DNA of 64,000 nucleotides from an uncultured candidatus Porisulfidus sp. (GTDB lineage: Bacteria > Pseudomonadota > Gammaproteobacteria > Poriferisulfidales > Poriferisulfidaceae): positions 960,001 through 1,024,000 of the forward strand of contig OZ241993.1 of NCBI GenBank assembly GCA_965204575.1, written 5' to 3'. Below, in pieces: positions 10,032 to 21,764 of the stretch. The translations under genes and the position numbers were made by a program. The notes beneath the pieces are model-generated. The model was not told the origin of the DNA and ran no database searches. It saw nothing but the letters and a program-made list of their open reading frames with translations. How positions within the stretch are numbered: position 1 is the first letter of the stretch; each line of letters starts with the position of its first letter.

Positions 10032-10256
10032 TCAGTGTGCCTTGTGGAATTTGCCGTAGGAGGCTTCGGCACTTGCGACCCGTTGCGGCCAGAAGGTTTT
10101 TTCGGGTTCCTTGGCGCACAATTCGGCACACTTCTGGGTCGCCTCGCCATAGGTCATTTCGCCGTCCAGTTTTCCGGTCTCGAATTGGTACTTGGCTCTC
10201 CAGGCAATGATGTAGCCTTTTTCGTCGGCGGGTCTGACTAGGGTTTCTTCGCTCAT
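10032..10256 (-). CDS. Small hypothetical protein (74 aa)
   Basis: Protein-like composition, ATG start, sits directly upstream of thpR on the same strand. Confidence 0.65.
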   Translation of the reverse strand: MSEETLVRPADEKGYIIAWRAKYQFETGKLDGEMTYGEATQKCAELCAKEPEKTFWPQRVASAEASYGKFHKAH

Positions 10257-10264
10257 GGTTCAGG

Positions 10265-10921
10265 GTGTGGTTGAAACTATTTAATAATATACCGGATGAG
10301 ACGGATTATTCCAGAATGGACAGGCTGACTCGCGCTTCCGCGGGAGCGGACCCGCTTGAATTGTTTTCCTGCTGGCTCAAGGATGCCGAGCAGGGGGGCT
10401 TGGTGTTGCCGAATGCGGTGAATCTGGCGACGGTCGACGCGGAAGGCCGGCCCCGGGCGCGGATGGTGCTGTTCAAGGGGCTGGAGAGCGGGGGCTTCGT
10501 TTTCTACACCAATTACCACAGCGCCAAGGCCCGGGAACTGGAGAGTCGCCCGGATGCCGCGTTGACTTTCTGGTGGGAACCTCCCGGGCGGCAGGTCCGG
10601 GTGGAGGGCACGGTTCGCCGCCTGGATGCGGAGATCGGCGATGCCTATTTCCGGACCCGCCCCCGCGACAGCCAGATCGGGGCGTATGCCTCCAGGCAGA
10701 GCGAGGAAGTGACGGACCACCACCAGCTGGAGGATCAATACCGGGAAATTGAACAGCGGTTCGAAGGCCGGGAAATTCCGCGACCCGAGTTTTGGGGCGG
10801 TTACGTGCTGGCGCCGGAGCGGATCGAATTCTGGCAGAACGCCTCCGGGCGAATGCATGACCGCATCCGGTATCAGCGGACAATCGAAGGAGGCTGGCGA
10901 CAAGACCGCCTGTCTCCCTGA
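10265..10921 (+). CDS. pdxH: Pyridoxamine 5'-phosphate oxidase
   Basis: RMVLFK, FYTNYHSAK, RQVRVEG, SQIGAYASRQS, WGGY, EFWQ..RMHDR. Confidence 0.95.
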   Translation: MWLKLFNNIPDETDYSRMDRLTRASAGADPLELFSCWLKDAEQGGLVLPNAVNLATVDAEGRPRARMVLFKGLESGGFVFYTNYHSAKARELESRPDAALTFWWEPPGRQVRVEGTVRRLDAEIGDAYFRTRPRDSQIGAYASRQSEEVTDHHQLEDQYREIEQRFEGREIPRPEFWGGYVLAPERIEFWQNASGRMHDRIRYQRTIEGGWRQDRLSP

Positions 10922-10935
10922 ATGCAATTTTTTCG

Positions 10936-11679
10936 ATGGGCATCGCCACTCTTTACGAGCAGTTGGGACACTGGTATGCAAGCCGGGCCGGACAAGAATC
11001 CCTAGCCTTGATTCACGAGCACTTGACGCATCTTCAGGAGAATCTTTCCGGACAACATGCGTTGTTCTGCGGGCCGGACGTCCTGTTCAACGAAGTTTCA
11101 GCGGCACGAGGCAGTTTTGATCATCGGTTCTTCATGCACCCCGGGGCCAGCCAAGGCCAGATCCGAGGTCGGCCGGATGCGCTGCCGTTGGCGGCGAACT
11201 GCCTGGACCTTCTCGCCTTGGCCCATCCCTTGGAGTTGAGCGATCAGCCACATGGAGTTTTGCGTGAAGCAGACCGGGTATTGGTCGGGAACGGACACCT
11301 GTTGTTGGTCGGATTCAATCCGTGGAGCTGGTACGGGCTGTACCGATTGCTTGCGGTCGGGCGCTTTCCGTGGGACCGGCATTTCTACGGCTTTCGGCGG
11401 GTCCGGGACTGGCTTTCGGTGTTGAATTTCGAAATTCAGGATTGCCGGTACGCGGCATTTCGACTCCCGGTTCAGAGCCGGTTTCTACAGCAACGCACCA
11501 GCGCCCTGGAACTTCAGGCCCGCTGGAGGCTGGATCATCTGGGTGGCGTATACTGCGTGCTGGCACGCAAGTTGCGCGTCCCGGTCACTCCAGCGCGCGA
11601 ACGCTGGTACCGTTCGCCGGTTCTCCTCTCCGAAAGGCTTGCCGGGGTGGAGCCGACTTCCAGAGGAATGCACCCGTGA
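10936..11679 (+). CDS. YafS-like SAM-dependent methyltransferase
   Basis: LPLAANCLD..H.LE..PHGVLREADRVL..GFNPWS; canonical position upstream of rnhA. Confidence 0.8.
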   Translation: MGIATLYEQLGHWYASRAGQESLALIHEHLTHLQENLSGQHALFCGPDVLFNEVSAARGSFDHRFFMHPGASQGQIRGRPDALPLAANCLDLLALAHPLELSDQPHGVLREADRVLVGNGHLLLVGFNPWSWYGLYRLLAVGRFPWDRHFYGFRRVRDWLSVLNFEIQDCRYAAFRLPVQSRFLQQRTSALELQARWRLDHLGGVYCVLARKLRVPVTPARERWYRSPVLLSERLAGVEPTSRGMHP

Positions 11680-12116
11680 AGCAGGTTAGAGCCTATACCG
11701 ATGGGGCCTGTCGCGGCAACCCCGGTCCGGGCGGCTGGGGGGTGGTGCTGGAGTCGCGCGGACACACGCGCGAGCTACTGGGCGCACAAGAGCAGACCAC
11801 CAACAATCGAATGGAACTCCAAGCGGCGATCGAGGCCCTGAACAGTTTGAAAGAACCTTGTGAAGTTGAACTCGTGACCGATTCCACATACCTGAAGAAC
11901 GGCATGCAGTCATGGCTAGTTGACTGGAAGCGCAAAGGTTGGAAAACCTCCGCGGGCAAACCGGTCAAGAACCAGGATCTTTGGCAGCAGTTGGATGCGC
12001 TGATCGCAACCCACCGGGTGCATTGGCGCTGGGTGCGGGGCCACAGCGGCGTGGAAGGAAACGAACGCGCCGACGTCCTGGCGAATGAAGCGATTGACCG
12101 GATGTCGGGATCATGA
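11676..12116 (+). CDS. rnhA: Ribonuclease HI
   Basis: YTDGACRGNPGPGGWG, TTNNRMEL, VKNQDLW, WVRGHSG..GNERAD; GTG start at 11676. Confidence 0.97.
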   Translation: MKQVRAYTDGACRGNPGPGGWGVVLESRGHTRELLGAQEQTTNNRMELQAAIEALNSLKEPCEVELVTDSTYLKNGMQSWLVDWKRKGWKTSAGKPVKNQDLWQQLDALIATHRVHWRWVRGHSGVEGNERADVLANEAIDRMSGS

Positions 12117-12832
12117 GCGACCCGATTTCCCGCCAGGTCGCGCTTGACCTGGAAACCACGGGCCTGACGGTGGGCAACCGGATCATCGAGATCGGCTGCG
12201 TGGAGATCATAGACCGGAACCTGACCGGACGGCAGTACCAGTCTTACGTCAACCCGGAATGCAAAATCGAAGAAGGCGCGCAGCGGGTGCATGGAATCAC
12301 CACCGAGCAGTTGGTCGGCAAACCCAAGTTCCCGGAGATCCTCGACGAGGTGCTGGAGTTCGTGAAGGATGCGGAAGTCCTGATTCACAATGCCGGGTTC
12401 GACCTGGGGTTTCTCAACCATGAGCTGGAATTGGCGGGGCGCGCCGACAAGTTCGAAAACTGTTGCCTGAAGGTCACGGACACCCTGATGCTGGCGCGGG
12501 AAAAATCGTCGGGGGGAAGTAGCCTGGATCAGTTGTGCGATTTCTACCAGGTTGATCGCAGGCAGAGGGAATGGCACGGTGCTCTCCTGGATGCTCAGTT
12601 GCTGGCTCATGTCTATCTCAGGATGACGGGGGGGCAGATGGGACTTTCGCTGGAAGTCCAGACCCGCCGTCGCCGCGCCAATGTCGAAAAAGCTCCTATC
12701 CCGGTCCTGCGGGCCGGCCCCGAGGAGCGGCGCTTGCACGAGGAGTTTCTTGATGTTATCCAGACCGAATCCGGGGAAGGCCGGGCTTGCGTCTGGCAGG
12801 AATTGGAGCGCCCATCAAAGGAGAGCGGGTAA
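12113..12832 (+). CDS. dnaQ: DNA polymerase III epsilon subunit
   Basis: DLETTG, HNAGFD, HGALLDAQLLAHVYLRMTGGQ. Confidence 0.96.
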   Translation: MSDPISRQVALDLETTGLTVGNRIIEIGCVEIIDRNLTGRQYQSYVNPECKIEEGAQRVHGITTEQLVGKPKFPEILDEVLEFVKDAEVLIHNAGFDLGFLNHELELAGRADKFENCCLKVTDTLMLAREKSSGGSSLDQLCDFYQVDRRQREWHGALLDAQLLAHVYLRMTGGQMGLSLEVQTRRRRANVEKAPIPVLRAGPEERRLHEEFLDVIQTESGEGRACVWQELERPSKESG

Positions 12833-13009
12833 AAGGCAAGGCTCGATTCCGTCTGATTTTTTCTAGGGCGGCGGCACCGGACATCAAGCGTTCGGGTAGC
12901 CCCGGGAGTTGGCACCGGCAACCCAAATCTGCTAATCTAGGCGCAAACAACAAGGCCTCTGGACGGAATCCGTTCACGGGGGCGATTAATCCAACTGGAG
13001 GATGTTTTT

Positions 13010-13294
13010 GTGGACAAACTGATTACCGGAATCATCATCGCGGCCGTGGTGGTCTTCTTCTACTGGCTGTATCAGACGGGCGGCGATGAGGCGCCTGCAG
13101 TGTCCGAAACGGCTACGGAGGAAATGGCGGCTGAATCCGCTGAAGCCGGATCGGAAGGACCTTGGGTGGCGGTCGTCGGGGTCGGCGAGGAAGCGCATGT
13201 CGCGGGCCACTACAACAGCTATACGGAGTGCTATCAGGCTGTTGCGGGCAAGGTCGACGTAAGCGTGACTCCGTATTCCTGTACCAATCAATAA
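13010..13294 (+). CDS. Small membrane-anchored hypothetical protein
   Basis: GGAGG RBS, N-terminal hydrophobic helix, acidic linker, two Cys near the C-terminus. Confidence 0.7.
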   Translation: MDKLITGIIIAAVVVFFYWLYQTGGDEAPAVSETATEEMAAESAEAGSEGPWVAVVGVGEEAHVAGHYNSYTECYQAVAGKVDVSVTPYSCTNQ

Positions 13295-13343
13295 TCCGCT
13301 GAAACCGGACGGGAAACCTCCGCCGGCGTCGATTTCCGGCGCT

Positions 13344-13838
13344 TCAGGGTTTCCCGCCTTGCCGGGTGGACCGGCGCAGCAGGCGTTCGCGGTCGCGCTC
13401 CCAATCGCGGGTCTTCACGGTTTGTCGCCGGTCGTGCTTGTGCTTGCCGCGCGCCAGCGCCAGTTGCAGTTTTGCCCGGCCCTGCTTCCAGTACAGTGAC
13501 AAGGGGATCAGGGTGTAGCCCCGCCGGTCCACGGCACCCTGAAGATGAGCGATTTCTTTTTCGTGCAACAGCAGTTTTCTCGGTCGGGCCGGGTCGGCCG
13601 GCAGATGAGAGACGTTGGGCAGGGGGTTGATGTGGCTGCCCAGGAGCCAGCCTTCTCCCTTGCGGATGGAGATGTAGCCTTCGTTGATTTGGGCGCGCCC
13701 CTCGCGCAGGCTCTTGACTTCCCAGCCAGTCAGGGCCAGTCCGGCTTCGAAGGTTTCCTCGATGGCGTAATCGTGTCGAGCCCGACGGTTCCGGGCGATG
13801 GTGGGATCGGGGGCCTTGGCTTGGGTCTTCCGGCTCAT
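13344..13838 (-). CDS. smpB: SsrA-binding protein
   Basis: IARNRRARHDY..EAGLALTGWEVKSLR, RKLLLH, ARGKHKHDRR. Confidence 0.96.
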   Translation of the reverse strand: MSRKTQAKAPDPTIARNRRARHDYAIEETFEAGLALTGWEVKSLREGRAQINEGYISIRKGEGWLLGSHINPLPNVSHLPADPARPRKLLLHEKEIAHLQGAVDRRGYTLIPLSLYWKQGRAKLQLALARGKHKHDRRQTVKTRDWERDRERLLRRSTRQGGKP

Positions 13839-13962
13839 GGCGTCTTGTGAGAAAAAATCGTCTCCGTACAGTTTCTGAGGCCCATGCCCGAACATTCAAT
13901 TATAGGCATGGGGCATGCCGGCCTTTTCGTGAGGCTGCCCCGACTTTGAGAGGAAAAGTGTC

Positions 13963-15255
13963 GTGAGCTTGTTTTCACTGCCGGAACTGGTAGCTTTGCT
14001 GGTTCTGCTTTTCCTGCTGTCGGCGTTTTTCTCCGGTTCCGAAACCGCGCTGATGGCGCTGAATCGTTACCGGCTCCGTCATTTGGCAGAGCAGGGCAAA
14101 TACAGTGCCCGTTGCGCGCAGGCGTTGCTCGACAAACCGGACAAACTGATTGGATTGATCCTTCTCGGCAACAATCTCGTCAACATCCTGATTACCCAGT
14201 TGGCCACGTACCTCGGCTACATCTACTTTCAGGAGATCGGGGTGGCCGTGGCCACGGGCCTGCTGACCGTGGCCATTCTGGTTTTTGCGGAAGTGGCGCC
14301 GAAGACCTTGGCGGCGTTGCACGCCGAGCGTGTCGCCTACCCGGCCGCCGTTGTGTACCGGCCGCTCCTGGTCGTTGCCTATCCGCTGGTGTGGCTGATC
14401 AACCAGTTCGCCAACGGCCTGCTTCGGGTCTTGGGAATGCCGAGGGAGGAAGCACGCAATGCGCTGACTCAGGAAGAACTCCGTAGCGCCGTGCATGAAT
14501 CCCGCAGCTTGATTTCCCGGGAGCATCGAAAGATGTTGTTGAGTATCCTGGATCTGGAGAAGATCACGGTGGAGGACGTGATGGTGCCGCGCAATGAAAT
14601 CGTCGGGATCGATCTCAGTGACGACTGGAGCGAGGTATTGGATCAATTGCAAAACCCGACCTACACGCGGGTGCTGGTGTACGAGGGAGGGCTCGACAAG
14701 GTCTGCGGCATGCTGCACTGGCGCAAATTGTTGCCGCACATCCTGAACGAGGACTTGTTGCCGGGACACATCCGGGAAACCATGCGGGAGCCGTATTTCA
14801 TTCCCGAGGGGACCAATCTCAACCGGCAGTTGTACAATTTCCAGGAGCACCGGCGCCGGGTCGGCCTGGTGATCGACGAGTACGGCGACATTCAGGGCCT
14901 GGTGACCCTGGAGCACATATTGGAAGAGATCGTGGGAGCGTTCACCATGGATTCCGGAACATTGGACCCGGGGGTCTATGAAACCCTGCCCGATGGCAGC
15001 GTCGTGGTGGATGCGGGCATCCATGTCCGCGAACTCAATGACCTCCTGGACAGCCACTTCCACATGGACGGGCCGAGAACGCTCAACGGTTTGATCCTGG
15101 AACACTTGGAAGATATTCCGGCGCCGGGAACCAGCATGCTGATTGACCGCTATCCGGTGGAGGTGATCAAGACGGATGAAACCTCGGTGCGCACGGTCCG
15201 GGTCTATACGCGCCTCGAATCGACTCCGGATGGTGAGGGGAACGGCGATGCGTGA
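13963..15255 (+). CDS. CNNM/CorC (YfjD-like) Mg/Co transporter with CBS domains
   Basis: SAFFSGSETA, ILLGNNLVN, EVAPKT, MVPRNEI, IDEYGDIQGLVTLEHILEEIVG, TLNGLI. Confidence 0.9.
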   Translation: MSLFSLPELVALLVLLFLLSAFFSGSETALMALNRYRLRHLAEQGKYSARCAQALLDKPDKLIGLILLGNNLVNILITQLATYLGYIYFQEIGVAVATGLLTVAILVFAEVAPKTLAALHAERVAYPAAVVYRPLLVVAYPLVWLINQFANGLLRVLGMPREEARNALTQEELRSAVHESRSLISREHRKMLLSILDLEKITVEDVMVPRNEIVGIDLSDDWSEVLDQLQNPTYTRVLVYEGGLDKVCGMLHWRKLLPHILNEDLLPGHIRETMREPYFIPEGTNLNRQLYNFQEHRRRVGLVIDEYGDIQGLVTLEHILEEIVGAFTMDSGTLDPGVYETLPDGSVVVDAGIHVRELNDLLDSHFHMDGPRTLNGLILEHLEDIPAPGTSMLIDRYPVEVIKTDETSVRTVRVYTRLESTPDGEGNGDA

Positions 15256-16102
15256 ACCGGAATTGAGCGATCAGGGTCTGAGCCCCACGCACGAAGTCGC
15301 GGCACGGGATCAGTATGGCGATGTGCGGACGGTTCGCATTGCCGGGGAACGTCCGCTAACGCTGAAAGTGGATGAACGCGAGGTGGTGACGCTGATGACG
15401 TTGGGTATGCATCCGGAGGAATTGGCGCTTGGCTATCTTCGCAACCAGCGGTTGGTGGAACGGCTGGAGGACATTGCGGCCGTGCGGGTCGATTGGGAGC
15501 GCGAGACGGTTTCGGTCGATATGCGCCCGGGGTGCGGCATCACGGATTGGGAAGAGAAGTTATCCCGGCGCACGGTCACCACCGGCTGCGGCCAAGGGAC
15601 TGTATTCAGTTGCACGCTGGACAAGCTTTACGACCAGCGCCTGCCGAAGGCGGCGGTCCGCCAGTCCTTGATTTACCGCTTATTGGCCAACATCGCAAGT
15701 TCCAATCAGATCTACAAGGAGTCTGGCGCCGTGCACGGATGCGCGTTGTGCGCGGGAGAGGATATCCTGATGTTCGTGGAGGATGTCGGGCGCCACAATG
15801 CGGCAGACACCATTGCTGGGCGCATGTGGTTGCAGGGCATGGACGGGGCAGATAAGATTTTCTACACGACCGGTCGGTTGACCTCCGAGATCGTCATGAA
15901 ATGTGCGGGCATGGGAATCCCGGTACTCCTGTCGCGCTCCGGCGTCACGCAGATGGGAGTGGAACTGGCCGCGGACCTAGGAGTGGTGATGATCGCGCGG
16001 GCCAAGGGACGCGCCTTCTTGACCTACAACCTGGCCGAATGCGTGGAGTACGACGCACCACCAAAGCGGCCGCCCGAGGCCGGGCCGAAAAGCAGCAGCT
16101 GA
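15248..16102 (+). CDS. fdhD: Formate dehydrogenase accessory sulfurtransferase
   Basis: ERPLT, TTGCGQG, GAVHGCAL, EDVGRHNAAD, TTGRLTSEIVMK. Confidence 0.92.
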   Translation: MREPELSDQGLSPTHEVAARDQYGDVRTVRIAGERPLTLKVDEREVVTLMTLGMHPEELALGYLRNQRLVERLEDIAAVRVDWERETVSVDMRPGCGITDWEEKLSRRTVTTGCGQGTVFSCTLDKLYDQRLPKAAVRQSLIYRLLANIASSNQIYKESGAVHGCALCAGEDILMFVEDVGRHNAADTIAGRMWLQGMDGADKIFYTTGRLTSEIVMKCAGMGIPVLLSRSGVTQMGVELAADLGVVMIARAKGRAFLTYNLAECVEYDAPPKRPPEAGPKSSS

Positions 16103-16153
16103 CAGACGGAAGCAGTCTGGACGCTTGCGCGCCAGACTGTCCTCTCCCCAAGA

Positions 16154-18655
16154 CTACCAGTTCAGGCTGCTCCGCAGCATGATGCCGTGGTCGGAGTCGC
16201 CATACGCCGGCTGGTCGTGCAGGGCCTCCAGGCTCATCTGCAGCGACGACCCGATGTTGAACTGCCCGCCCAGGCTCAGCCTCCGCGAGCCCTCGCCGGA
16301 CAGCGACACGTCGGTGTACGGCGTCAGCATCCCCTGGCGCCCGCCCCACAGGGCGACCATGCCATACGCGACCCGCGCGTTCATGCGCAACGGCGACCGG
16401 TTGTCCGACACCGCCCCGCCGATGGCATCGGCCTCCCACATCTGCTGCACGCCGCTCGCCGTCTGGCCCCACTGAGGCTCCAGGCTGACCGCAAGCCCGA
16501 CGCCGTCCGCGCCGGGGTCGATCCGCACCCGCCCGCTGAAGCCCCATTCGTCGTAGTCGCCGTCGTGCCCGAGCAGGGCCCGCGCCCGGCCCTCGAAGCT
16601 CACCCCGCTGGCCGGGTCCGAATAGCGCAGCCCGGCCCCGGTCTCGAAACCTTCGCCGTCCTCGCCGTCCCCGCCGTCACTCCGCACGCCGATCTCCAGC
16701 GACGAAGTCATCGTGCCTCCCGAGTCGAGGGCCTGTTCGTGAGCCGCCTCCAGCATCAGCCGCGAGCGGTTGGCGTCCAGCGTCAGGCTCTCCAGGCTGC
16801 CCTCGCCGTCGATGTCGGCCCACGTGTACGCTGCCTCGGCCTTGATCCGGACGGTGGTCTTGCCGCCTTCAGCCACCTTGCCGCTGTCCACCAGCAGCCC
16901 GCTCACGCCGGCCGCCACCATCTGCTGCTCCAGGTCGCTCTCCTGCGTGGCCGCCGCGTCGTCGTTGATCTCCACGTCGCCCCAGCCGTAGCCGGCCGCG
17001 GCCCACAGGTTGATGCTGTCCGAGGCCTGCCAGCCCACGTACGGGTTGACGCTGGCCAGCGTGGTCGTGGACTCGCCCGACACCCCGTTGACGTCGTCGT
17101 AGTCGACTTCCGCTTCCGCCCACGACACCGAGAAGCCGGCCAGCATGTCCGTACTGACGCGGGAATCCATCCCGAAGTTGATGCTGGTCACGTCGCCCTC
17201 GTAGTGCATGACCTGCCGGTCCCCGCCGGAGAAGTCGCGGTAGTCGCCGCTGCCCCAGAGGGTCACGTTTCGGAACAGGCCGCCGCCGCTGCCCGCCGCG
17301 TTGAGCGGCAGGGTGAAGGACGAGCCGGCGAGCAACTGGCCGAAGTCGAAGGTGCCGCTCTCCAGCGACTGCCCGTGCGCGGCGAGGGCATCGGAGAGGC
17401 TGGCGGCGCCGTTGGAGTTGAGCCCCGCGGCCTGCGGGGCGTCGTCGATCGCCTGTCCGATGCGGCTCGACACCGCATCGACCGTGCTGGCGGTCATCGC
17501 CCGCATGACCTGCGGCTGGATCGTCTCGATCGCCAGGTCCTGGCGTGCCGCGACCACATTGGGTGAGTCCAGGTAAAAGCCCGAGCCGATGATATAGCGT
17601 TCAACGCGTCCGGTTCTCCTCGTGATTTCGAATTCGCGGGCGTAGCCCACCTTGGGGATGTCGGCGCTGTCGGTCGCGTCGGTGGGATCGTCGAAGTAGT
17701 ACTGCACGAAGCCGCCTTCCGGGCTGCTTCTCGCCGCGTCGAGGACCTGCGGCAGGATGAGTTCTCCGGTGACAGCGTCCCGTTGCGTTGGAATCAAAGG
17801 CCGAACCTCGAATCTGTCGGGAAACGCTCCGTGAAACAAGATGAGGTTGCTGGAGAGGTCCAAGACATACAAGTACACGGAACCGTGCCTCCAGGGCCCG
17901 TCCGGATCCCGAAAGGCGACCTTGGCTTTCGAGAGGCCGTCTCGGCCCCCGGCCCTCCCGAACTCTTTGAATTGCTCGATCGCGTTCGCGACGAAGGCCT
18001 TCAAGGTTCTGCGGTCTACCACCTGCTCGGCGGTAATGGTGGGGTCGCCGTAATCGATGGATTCTGAAGCCAGGTGGGAGGCGTTGAGGTCGAATCCGGA
18101 GATCAGCATGATCGGAGTCCCTGCCGCACCCGTGTAGGAGGCGGCATAGCCGGAGATGCCTAGGGCGGGCATATTGAAAGAGCCCTGCCGTTCCTGTTGC
18201 TGCAAGAAAGGCAAGACAGTAGCTGGGCTGGCTGGATTCGCTCCCAGCCCTGTAAGAATTCTTGCAAGAATCACGGGATTCAGGAGCCTGCCCGACAGCG
18301 CCATGTTCTTCGCGTGAAGGAACACCCTGCCGTTTGGTGCCAGTTGCACCAGGTATGTGGAACCGGAACGCCAACCCCCCCCTTCTTGCCTGACCAGGCA
18401 TCCGAAGTGGAGCCCTGCCCCCCGACTTGCCGCGGCTGCCTCCTTGAAAGCGGTTCTCGCGGACTCCACAAATTGTTGAAGGTTAGAGCCAGTCACATCT
18501 TCCGCCCTCGGGTTCGGGTCGCTAATAGAAACTGTCCCGCCGGGAGGGGGCGGGCAAGCCTCTTGCGCCAAGGCCGGGGTGACACTGAAACAGGTGCCCG
18601 CCAGAATGAGAGGGCAAAATGCGGCTGGGCGGATTTTCTGTATTCCGGCTTTCAT
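16154..18655 (-). CDS. Autotransporter with a passenger of two tandem Cache-like domains
   Basis: Signal peptide; C-terminal beta-barrel (LWGSGDYR, PYVGW, EIGVRSDGGDGE, terminal W); passenger repeats WRSGSTYL / WRHGSVYLYV..FHGA..GGFVQYYFDDP..KVGYA. Confidence 0.75.
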   Translation of the reverse strand: MKAGIQKIRPAAFCPLILAGTCFSVTPALAQEACPPPPGGTVSISDPNPRAEDVTGSNLQQFVESARTAFKEAAAASRGAGLHFGCLVRQEGGGWRSGSTYLVQLAPNGRVFLHAKNMALSGRLLNPVILARILTGLGANPASPATVLPFLQQQERQGSFNMPALGISGYAASYTGAAGTPIMLISGFDLNASHLASESIDYGDPTITAEQVVDRRTLKAFVANAIEQFKEFGRAGGRDGLSKAKVAFRDPDGPWRHGSVYLYVLDLSSNLILFHGAFPDRFEVRPLIPTQRDAVTGELILPQVLDAARSSPEGGFVQYYFDDPTDATDSADIPKVGYAREFEITRRTGRVERYIIGSGFYLDSPNVVAARQDLAIETIQPQVMRAMTASTVDAVSSRIGQAIDDAPQAAGLNSNGAASLSDALAAHGQSLESGTFDFGQLLAGSSFTLPLNAAGSGGGLFRNVTLWGSGDYRDFSGGDRQVMHYEGDVTSINFGMDSRVSTDMLAGFSVSWAEAEVDYDDVNGVSGESTTTLASVNPYVGWQASDSINLWAAAGYGWGDVEINDDAAATQESDLEQQMVAAGVSGLLVDSGKVAEGGKTTVRIKAEAAYTWADIDGEGSLESLTLDANRSRLMLEAAHEQALDSGGTMTSSLEIGVRSDGGDGEDGEGFETGAGLRYSDPASGVSFEGRARALLGHDGDYDEWGFSGRVRIDPGADGVGLAVSLEPQWGQTASGVQQMWEADAIGGAVSDNRSPLRMNARVAYGMVALWGGRQGMLTPYTDVSLSGEGSRRLSLGGQFNIGSSLQMSLEALHDQPAYGDSDHGIMLRSSLNW

Positions 18656-18814
18656 CTTGAAGTTCCTCCCTAAGGCAATCAGCGAGCGAGGAATGCCAAC
18701 TGGACGATAGGAAAGTCTAGCATACCAATCGCGCGCTGAACTGGGGTTCGGTAGCGGGTTGGAACTGAGTGGCCGCCACTCTGCCCGAACCGAAAACCCC
18801 CGGCTTTAAAAGGA

Positions 18815-18847
18815 AAGGGGGGCGTTTCAATCTGAAACGCCCCCCTT
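18815..18847 (-). terminator. Intrinsic terminator downstream of katG
   Basis: Perfect stem AAGGGGGGCGTTTCA-ATC-TGAAACGCCCCCCTT just past the katG stop. Confidence 0.8.
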
Positions 18848-18858
18848 GTTTTCCGGGA

Positions 18859-21087
<2,229 letters not shown>

Positions 21088-21151
21088 TTAGAAAATTTCC
21101 TACTCGTAGGGTTTGCGCTCCCATCCGGGGCGTGCAACTCAGGATAGCATA

Positions 21152-21172
21152 AATTTAGACAGTGTCCAAATT
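21152..21172. promoter_or_regulatory. Palindromic Fur-family (Irr/PerR-like) candidate box upstream of katG
   Basis: AATTTAGAC-AGT-GTCCAAATT near-perfect inverted repeat ~100 bp upstream of the katG start. Confidence 0.5.
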
Positions 21173-21338
21173 ATGACAACCGTTCCCGCTGTCGGTTCAG
21201 TCGCAAGACTCCAGGCATCCCGGAGATGCCGGTTGCGGATAAGTGTATAAGTGCCCGCGACCTGGCGGTCGGTCTGGCTCGGCAGCACAGGGTTGCCCGG
21301 AACGTTGGAGTCGATGTTTCCCGAAGCCCCTTGGGCGC

Positions 21339-21764
21339 CTACTCCTGCCTTCGCAGCAGGTTTGCACCCGTCGCCCCAAGCAGCAATGGCAGAGTCGCGT
21401 CGATCAGCATCCAGAGAGTGGATACCGCATCGGAACCCGCGGGCGCATAGTCTGCGTTCAGCAGGTTGAAGTAGCTCCAGAGCAGCAGGATGCCGACGGC
21501 CAGGAAACCGTAGAAAAGCACGTTGGCGGCCAGGTATTCCCGGGTGACCGTCTCGCCACCCTCGCGGTCGACGGCACGTTTGCGCAGATACGCGAAGATG
21601 GTGCCTGCCAGCCATGCCAGCACCATCGGCGGGTCAAGCGTCTCCCAGAACGGGCTATAGGGCTGCCCCGGTTCGGACACGTGGTACAGCGGCTCGATCA
21701 CCGTGTGGACCGCGACTGTGACGGCCATGGCAATCAGCGCCCAGCCCAAAATTCTTTTTGCCAT
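21339..21764 (-). CDS. Hypothetical integral membrane protein (~4 TM)
   Basis: MAKRILGW.. start after an AGGAAAG RBS; four hydrophobic segments. Confidence 0.7.
   Translation of the reverse strand: MAKRILGWALIAMAVTVAVHTVIEPLYHVSEPGQPYSPFWETLDPPMVLAWLAGTIFAYLRKRAVDREGGETVTREYLAANVLFYGFLAVGILLLWSYFNLLNADYAPAGSDAVSTLWMLIDATLPLLLGATGANLLRRQE

Noticed and set aside
12909-12935. TTGGCAC as a sigma-54 promoter
   Set aside because: No TTGC at the required -12 spacing.
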